Shown in pieces: positions 35,726 to 40,705 of a stretch of DNA of 40,705 nucleotides. The DNA is taken from IMG/VR virus record IMGVR_UViG_3300027007_000032, positions 1-40,705 of that record, one strand, 5' to 3'. How positions within the stretch are numbered: position 1 is the stretch's first letter; every line of letters begins with the position of its first letter. This DNA is from a virus. Taxonomy: Duplodnaviria > Caudoviricetes. Made by a program: the position numbers and the translations under genes. Under the pieces are notes generated by a model that had not been told where the DNA came from, made no database searches, and worked only from the letters and a program-made list of their open reading frames with translations.

Positions 35726-35973
35726 TGTCCGCCGACCAGGACGTCACGCAGGTCCCACGCCAGCAGGAGTTTATCCTCGCGACGGTCGACCTCGACGGCG
35801 TCAGCGTCGAACGCGAGGACGGCGCGATCATCGCCACGCGAGACCTGACCGACGACGAGATCTCGCTGGGCGACGTGATCGATCTCGCCCACGAGCACGA
35901 CCTCGGGATCGCCGACGCGACCGTCGACATGCCCGCCGGCGAAGCCCGGCTGGTCGTCGGAGGTGAGCCATGA
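35725..35973 (+). CDS. hypothetical protein
   Basis: TGATG-coupled; acidic; start MSADQ. Confidence 0.75.
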   Translation: MSADQDVTQVPRQQEFILATVDLDGVSVEREDGAIIATRDLTDDEISLGDVIDLAHEHDLGIADATVDMPAGEARLVVGGEP

Positions 35974-36089
35974 GTTGTCAAAACTGCGGCTCTCAGTGCC
36001 AGGGCAAGTACTGCAGCACGTGCGAGCAGATCCGGCTGAACGAGAAACTCTACGGCGACAGCGTTGAGGACGAGGAGGGGGATGCCTGA
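35970..36089 (+). CDS. 39-aa zinc-finger microprotein
   Basis: MSCQNCGSQCQGKYCSTCEQ...; GGAGGTGA RBS; coupled at both ends. Confidence 0.75.
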   Translation: MSCQNCGSQCQGKYCSTCEQIRLNEKLYGDSVEDEEGDA

Positions 36090-37222
36090 TGGCGCCCTTC
36101 CAGACCGTCGAGAAGGGCATGCTCGGCGCCCGCGGGCCGCCCCGGCTGACGGTCTACCAGGACGGCACGAGCAGGCTGACCGCTGAAGCCGATCGCCAGC
36201 TGGGCCAGCCCGAGGCCGTCGCCTTCGCGGCCGGCACGGGCGCGGATGCGGGCTACCTGCAGATCACGCCGACCGATCCCGACGCCGAGCACGCCTACTC
36301 GTGCTCGCGGAACGACAGCCAGGCCGGCGCCGACCTCAACACTACAGTGGTCATGCGCGACTGGGTCGGCGTCGACATCGAGGCGCTGACCGAGGCCCAC
36401 GCCCCGCCGATCGAGATCGACGGTGACACCGTCGTCGCCGACTGTCGAGACCTGCCCGGCGTCGAGACGGGTGGGCAGGACGCCAGCGACGATGGGAGTG
36501 TCGACGACGACACGACAGTCGACACTGAAGACACCGAGGCCAGCGACGAGGAGGTCAAGGCTGCGATGGTCAACAAGCGGAACGCGGTCAGCGAGACGAC
36601 CGAGACGGCCGCCTTTGACGAGACCGTCGCCATCGACGAGCCTGACACCGACGCCGACGAGGACACGCCACCCTGGCGGCAGGGCGGGCGCGACCGTCGC
36701 GAGCGCGTCCACCTGTACGTCGCCGCAATGGTCAACGAACTGGGCACCCTGAAAAGCACGTACGCCGACATCGCTGAGCAGGTCGGCCACCCCGATGCCC
36801 ACGGCAACGCGATCCGGTATGATCTCCAGGCCATGGACGGCTACGAGGCCACCGAGTACGAGGATCCCGAGGACGGCCCGACGGTCTGGCGGATCGCCAA
36901 GACTGACGACACTGAGGACACCGACCCGGACGAGCAGGACGCTGCCGACCAGGACAGCGATCCGGACCTCCTGGAGGGTGTGATCAGCGCCGAGGGTGAC
37001 GACGGCGAGGTCGAACTCCCGGCCGACGAGGTCGTCGACGCGATCGCCAGCGCCGAGGACGTCCACGACGCCCAGGTCGCGCTCGGCCTCGATCGCGTGG
37101 GCGTGCGGCTGCTCCTGCAGGAGCTGGACATGCACGACATGCTCGCCAAGGGCCAGGATGGCGTTCATCAGGACGTCGTCCGCGAGACTGTCGTTGGGTA
37201 TCTCCAGGAGCGTGATGCCTGA
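36089..37222 (+). CDS. acidic multi-domain hypothetical protein
   Basis: TGATG-coupled; acidic linkers; possible internal HTH (STYADIAEQVG). Confidence 0.8.
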   Translation: MAPFQTVEKGMLGARGPPRLTVYQDGTSRLTAEADRQLGQPEAVAFAAGTGADAGYLQITPTDPDAEHAYSCSRNDSQAGADLNTTVVMRDWVGVDIEALTEAHAPPIEIDGDTVVADCRDLPGVETGGQDASDDGSVDDDTTVDTEDTEASDEEVKAAMVNKRNAVSETTETAAFDETVAIDEPDTDADEDTPPWRQGGRDRRERVHLYVAAMVNELGTLKSTYADIAEQVGHPDAHGNAIRYDLQAMDGYEATEYEDPEDGPTVWRIAKTDDTEDTDPDEQDAADQDSDPDLLEGVISAEGDDGEVELPADEVVDAIASAEDVHDAQVALGLDRVGVRLLLQELDMHDMLAKGQDGVHQDVVRETVVGYLQERDA

Positions 37223-37350
37223 TGCCCGAGCAGTGCCCCGTCTGCGAGGCGTCGGTCGACCCTGGCGTCTGGCGCTGTCCAGAGTGCGGGAAGCCCTTCG
37301 ACGGTGAGACGACCGACTCAAACCGCTCGCCGTTGGGGGGTGGTGCCTGA
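37222..37350 (+). CDS. 42-aa CPxCG zinc-finger microprotein
   Basis: MPEQCPVCEASVDPGVWRCPECGKPF; coupled at both ends. Confidence 0.75.
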   Translation: MPEQCPVCEASVDPGVWRCPECGKPFDGETTDSNRSPLGGGA

Positions 37351-38096
37351 TGGACGCGATCGCGATGGTCTCGACGATCGACGACTACGTCGAGCCGATC
37401 AGCGCGCTCGTCGACGAGTGCAAGCTCCGCTGCAACCCCGAGGAAGTTCGCGTCCGCGCGGTCGACCCCGCGAACGTCGCGATGGTCAACACCGCGCTGC
37501 GAGCCTCGGCGTTCGAATCCTACCAGGCCGACGGTGGCCTGCTGGGGCTCAACCTCAGCACGTTCGAGGACGTCCTCGGGCTGGGCGACAGCGATCAGCT
37601 GGCCCACCTCGAGCTCGACCAGCAGATCCGCAAGCTCGACATCGAGATCGGCGAGACCAGCTACACGCAGGCGCTGATCAATCCGCAGTCGATCCGCTCG
37701 GAGCCGGACATTCCGGACTTGGACCTGCCGAACACGGTGACGCTGACCGCCAAGCAACTCGATCACGCCGTGACGGCTGCAGATCTGGCGGCTGATCACA
37801 TCCTAATCGGCGTCGATCCCCAGGCCGACACGGTCTGGTTCGAGGGTGAGGGTGACACCGACGACGTCCGGACGGTCTACGGCGAGGGCGACTACCTGGA
37901 CAGTCGGCTCGTCGAGGAGACGCGGTCGCTGTTCTCGCTGGACTACCTGAAAGACGTCGTCGGCGCGATGCCGAGCGACGCTGAGGTGCGGCTACGGCTC
38001 GGTCACGAGTTCCCGATCGACCTCAGGTACGAGCACAGCGAGGGCCACGCCAGCGTCCAGGTGACGATCTCGCCGCGTGTCGGTGGTGGCGACTGA
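37350..38096 (+). CDS. pcn: DNA sliding clamp PCNA
   Basis: LVDEC.L, AVDPANVAMV, LINPQSIRSEPDIPDLDL, SLFSLDYLKD, LG.EFP, ISPR. Confidence 0.96.
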   Translation: MDAIAMVSTIDDYVEPISALVDECKLRCNPEEVRVRAVDPANVAMVNTALRASAFESYQADGGLLGLNLSTFEDVLGLGDSDQLAHLELDQQIRKLDIEIGETSYTQALINPQSIRSEPDIPDLDLPNTVTLTAKQLDHAVTAADLAADHILIGVDPQADTVWFEGEGDTDDVRTVYGEGDYLDSRLVEETRSLFSLDYLKDVVGAMPSDAEVRLRLGHEFPIDLRYEHSEGHASVQVTISPRVGGGD

Positions 38097-38281
38097 TGGC
38101 AGCCGGTAGACCCAGCCACCGACCACGCCGGCGCGACGTCGGCGGCATCCAGCGCCTGATCGGGATGGGCGACCAGCGGACCGACGCCTGCCCGCACGGC
38201 CAAGAGGACTGTGCGGGCCCGTACGCCGAACCGGCCGAGAAGTGTTTCCAGTGCTTCGTCGGAGGGGGTCGGGATGCCTGA
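38096..38281 (+). CDS. small Cys-rich protein
   Basis: CPHG...C...CFQC; TGATG-coupled. Confidence 0.65.
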   Translation: MAAGRPSHRPRRRDVGGIQRLIGMGDQRTDACPHGQEDCAGPYAEPAEKCFQCFVGGGRDA

Positions 38282-38654
38282 GGACGGGGTTGCCGAGGTG
38301 AAGGCAGCCCACGACATCGCCCTGGCGCTGCGAAACGACGGCTACTCGATCGGCTACGACAGCGACGACGTCCTCGAGGACTTCGACGAGCACGTCGAAC
38401 ACGGCCAGGACCTGCTCGACCCGGACGATCTGGGCGGGTTCTTCGTCGTCGCCCATCGCGACGGCCAGACCGACTTCGGGACGAGTGTCGTGCTTCGAGA
38501 CGAGGTCGCCTACGGCGTCGTCCAGATCCAGATGCTCGGCGCGCACTTTCGGGCCGTCCATGACACGCTCCCGCTGGACGTCGAGACGCTGGTCGACGCG
38601 ATGATCGACGAGGCGCTGACGATCAGCGATCTGGACGGTGATCTCGATGAGTGA
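38274..38654 (+). CDS. acidic hypothetical protein
   Basis: Start MPEDG after GGAGGGG. Confidence 0.75.
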   Translation: MPEDGVAEVKAAHDIALALRNDGYSIGYDSDDVLEDFDEHVEHGQDLLDPDDLGGFFVVAHRDGQTDFGTSVVLRDEVAYGVVQIQMLGAHFRAVHDTLPLDVETLVDAMIDEALTISDLDGDLDE

Positions 38655-39015
38655 GGGCGACACCTACGACGTCGACGACCCAGGCGTCTCGCGCGAAGAG
38701 GGCGAATCCTGGGCCGACGTCGCCATCGAACGCCGCCAGGCCGACACCGACGAACTGCTCGACGCTGCCCGGCTGCTGGCCGTCACGGCGCGCCAGCGGA
38801 TCGATCGCGACGAGGACGGCCAGCTGTACGACTACTGCCAGCGGGCGGCCGCCAACGCCGAGGCCGCGCAGGTCCTCCTGGAGGGTGTCGACGTCCTCGA
38901 GGAGGAGACCGAGTGTTGCCCGGCCTGCGGGTCGCCGTCCTGGGGCGTGTTCCGCTGTCGAGGCGTCGCGCCGGTCTGTCTGGACTGCGGGACGCGAGGT
39001 GAGCCCGATGAGTGA
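38647..39015 (+). CDS. hypothetical protein with C-terminal zinc finger
   Basis: CPACG...CLDCG. Confidence 0.75.
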   Translation: MSEGDTYDVDDPGVSREEGESWADVAIERRQADTDELLDAARLLAVTARQRIDRDEDGQLYDYCQRAAANAEAAQVLLEGVDVLEEETECCPACGSPSWGVFRCRGVAPVCLDCGTRGEPDE

Positions 39016-39250
39016 CACCACAGTCTTGGCCTCCTGGACCGAGCACCCCTACACCAGCTACGACAAGCGGTCCTGGGCGATCGAGCACCGTGTCGTCGTC
39101 GAGCACTACGGCGGCATGGGCGGGGACGTCCGCCACGAGGTCCGGTCAAGCGACTCTGAGGACTGCCCCGCCGAGTGGACTGAGAAGGACGTCGTCGAGC
39201 TGCGTGATCACGGGAAGCTCGTCCGGAAACAGGACGGTGACTGGCCATGA
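39008..39250 (+). CDS. hypothetical protein
   Basis: Start MSDTT after GAGGTGAG. Confidence 0.75.
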   Translation: MSDTTVLASWTEHPYTSYDKRSWAIEHRVVVEHYGGMGGDVRHEVRSSDSEDCPAEWTEKDVVELRDHGKLVRKQDGDWP

Positions 39251-39321
39251 ACGTGTATCGACACACCGCGAAGTGGCTGCTCGCGGTCGCAGTGCTGACG
39301 CTGGGGGTGCTACTACTGTGA
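39247..39321 (+). CDS. 24-aa hydrophobic peptide
   Basis: MNVYRHTAKWLLAVAVLTLGVLLL; ATGA and GTGA overlaps. Confidence 0.5.
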   Translation: MNVYRHTAKWLLAVAVLTLGVLLL

Positions 39322-39458
39322 GTACATTATCGAAAGATCCAGAGGACATGACCGACGACGAGCTGCTCGAACGCATCGCGGCGCGTGATCCGGAGAAATG
39401 GCCGATCGCGGAACGGGCTGAGAAGGCACTTCGCGCTGATCAGGAGGACTCCTCATGA
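39318..39458 (+). CDS. 46-aa helical protein converging on the integrase
   Basis: GTG-coupled; DMTDDELLERIAA...IAERAEKAL. Confidence 0.55.
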   Translation: MSTLSKDPEDMTDDELLERIAARDPEKWPIAERAEKALRADQEDSS

Positions 39459-40705
39459 TCGCCGACGACACGAGCTCGGAAGTCGGGGTCGTGTTTGAAG
39501 CGTCGACGCCACTCCTCGAGGAGGTCCTGATCAGTCGGCGTCTCGGAGTTCGTCGCCGACTCGAACGTCTCGTCATCGACCTTATCGACCTCGTCGGCGA
39601 GGGCCGATTCCAGAGGTTGGGCACAGCCCGGGCAGAAGCGCTCGGCCCCTCGCAGCGGCGTCCGGCACTGCGGACACTGTTCGAGGTCCGGGGAGCTGTC
39701 CTCCCCATCGTCGTTGGCGAGGTCGTAGTCCTCGAAGATCGCGTCGTTCATCTCTTCGTCGGTGACTCTACTGTAGGTGCTCATCTCCCGAGTGTCTTCG
39801 TCCCAGTCGACGCGGTGTTTGATCTTCTGGTCGCTGAAGCCGTTGCGGATCCACTCGCTGATGGCCGTCCCACGGAACAGATGGGCGTGGATCCGGTCGG
39901 GGTCGAGGCCAGCCTCCTCGGCGATCAGGCTGATGCGCTGGCCGGCGTACTGCTGGCGGAGCGCCCCATCGCCGTCGTCGGTGATCTGGCGGGTCTTGTG
40001 GATGACCGCCCGCTCGGGATCGTCCGGTCGGGGATGGACGTCCAGCCAGTTGGCGAGATAGCCCCGACTCCAGGTCAGCGGTTTCGCGCCGTCAGCATCC
40101 TTGACGTTGGCGTCGGTGTTGATCGTGATCGTCGCCCGCTCGCCCTCGACGTCGACGTGCTTGAGCTGCAGGGAGAGGACCGCGCCGATCCGGAGGCCCG
40201 TATCCCGGAGCAGGGCGATCAGTGCCTTGTCCCGAGCGGCGCTGTCGAACTGTCCACAGGCGTCGAGCATCGCGCCCAGCTCCTCGCTGTCGATCTCCTC
40301 GTCGGGGTCGTGCTTGCGATCGATCGAGGCGCCGATCGTGATCTCGTCGAACCAGTCGGCCTCGCGCCACTCGAAGAACTTCCGGACGGCCTTCATGTAG
40401 TTGCGGATCGTGCCGTCGCTGAGACCGTGTTCGTCCTCGAGGTGGAGCTTCAGCGAGGAGACGTCGTTGAGCCGCTCCATCTTGGTCAGCGGTCGGGCGG
40501 AGCGTTCGGCCGCCAGGCGGATCCGGTTCAGGTGGCCGACGACGGTGCCCAGCGACTCGACATCGGGGTCGTTCGCTCGCAGGTGCGTGACCCAGCGCTG
40601 GATCGCCTCGCGATCGGCGTCGGTGATGTCGTCGCTGTTCTCGAGGAGCTCCGATTGGTTGTCGAACTTCTCGCGATAGCCCTGGACGTCGTCGACCGAG
40701 ACCAT
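39440..40705 (-). CDS. int: tyrosine integrase with C-terminal zinc ribbon
   Basis: TGLRIG (R), K, HAHLFR (H..R), W, Y catalytic set; CPQC..CPGC tail typical of haloarchaeal proviral integrases. Confidence 0.95.
   Translation of the reverse strand: MVSVDDVQGYREKFDNQSELLENSDDITDADREAIQRWVTHLRANDPDVESLGTVVGHLNRIRLAAERSARPLTKMERLNDVSSLKLHLEDEHGLSDGTIRNYMKAVRKFFEWREADWFDEITIGASIDRKHDPDEEIDSEELGAMLDACGQFDSAARDKALIALLRDTGLRIGAVLSLQLKHVDVEGERATITINTDANVKDADGAKPLTWSRGYLANWLDVHPRPDDPERAVIHKTRQITDDGDGALRQQYAGQRISLIAEEAGLDPDRIHAHLFRGTAISEWIRNGFSDQKIKHRVDWDEDTREMSTYSRVTDEEMNDAIFEDYDLANDDGEDSSPDLEQCPQCRTPLRGAERFCPGCAQPLESALADEVDKVDDETFESATNSETPTDQDLLEEWRRRFKHDPDFRARVVGDHEESS

Larger units (their letters stand above)
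1..40705. mobile_element. Haloarchaeal tailed temperate virus/provirus (siphovirus-like); ends and att sites not seen
   Basis: Terminase-portal-protease-capsid-tail synteny; archaeal MCM, PCNA and Cdc6; tyrosine integrase; D/E-rich proteins; high GC; no tail sheath recognised. Confidence 0.95.

Noticed and set aside
1-40705. CRISPR array, tRNA, attL/attR, DGR or invertible tail-fibre cassette
   Set aside because: No regularly spaced repeats, tRNA cloverleaf, reverse transcriptase or second recombinase recognised; att sites probably lie outside the window

Overview
The whole window is a high-GC, acidic-proteome haloarchaeal tailed (pro)virus with a siphovirus-like, BJ1-type gene layout. It runs from an early/replication block (zinc-finger proteins, MCM helicase) through three small membrane proteins to the head module (terminase, portal with a C-terminal KTSC-like domain, XkdF-type protease/scaffold, HK97-type capsid). 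The tail module follows, with a -1 frameshift chaperone, a short tape measure and a lower-GC glycosidase-like receptor-binding gene. The right part holds a leftward accessory operon, two divergent regulatory switches, a J-domain protein, an Orc1/Cdc6 plus PhiH1-like repressor module, a rightward early operon with PCNA, and a tyrosine integrase. No tRNA, att core, CRISPR array, DNA polymerase or methyltransferase was recognised. The most notable signals are: (i) box C/D-type kink-turn motifs opening two structured intergenic regions around the packaging genes, next to a portal-KTSC fusion; (ii) a Cdc6-centred, SNJ2-like induction switch with a repeated promoter motif and tandem paralogous small ORFs; (iii) a multi-domain protein punctuated by TDGG motifs; (iv) related leader hairpins on both early operons; (v) a Tat-like signal on the glycosidase-like tail gene. 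All protein calls come from motif recognition by eye and synteny, not database searches. Several start codons were reassigned from the ORF track using RBS or stop/start overlap.
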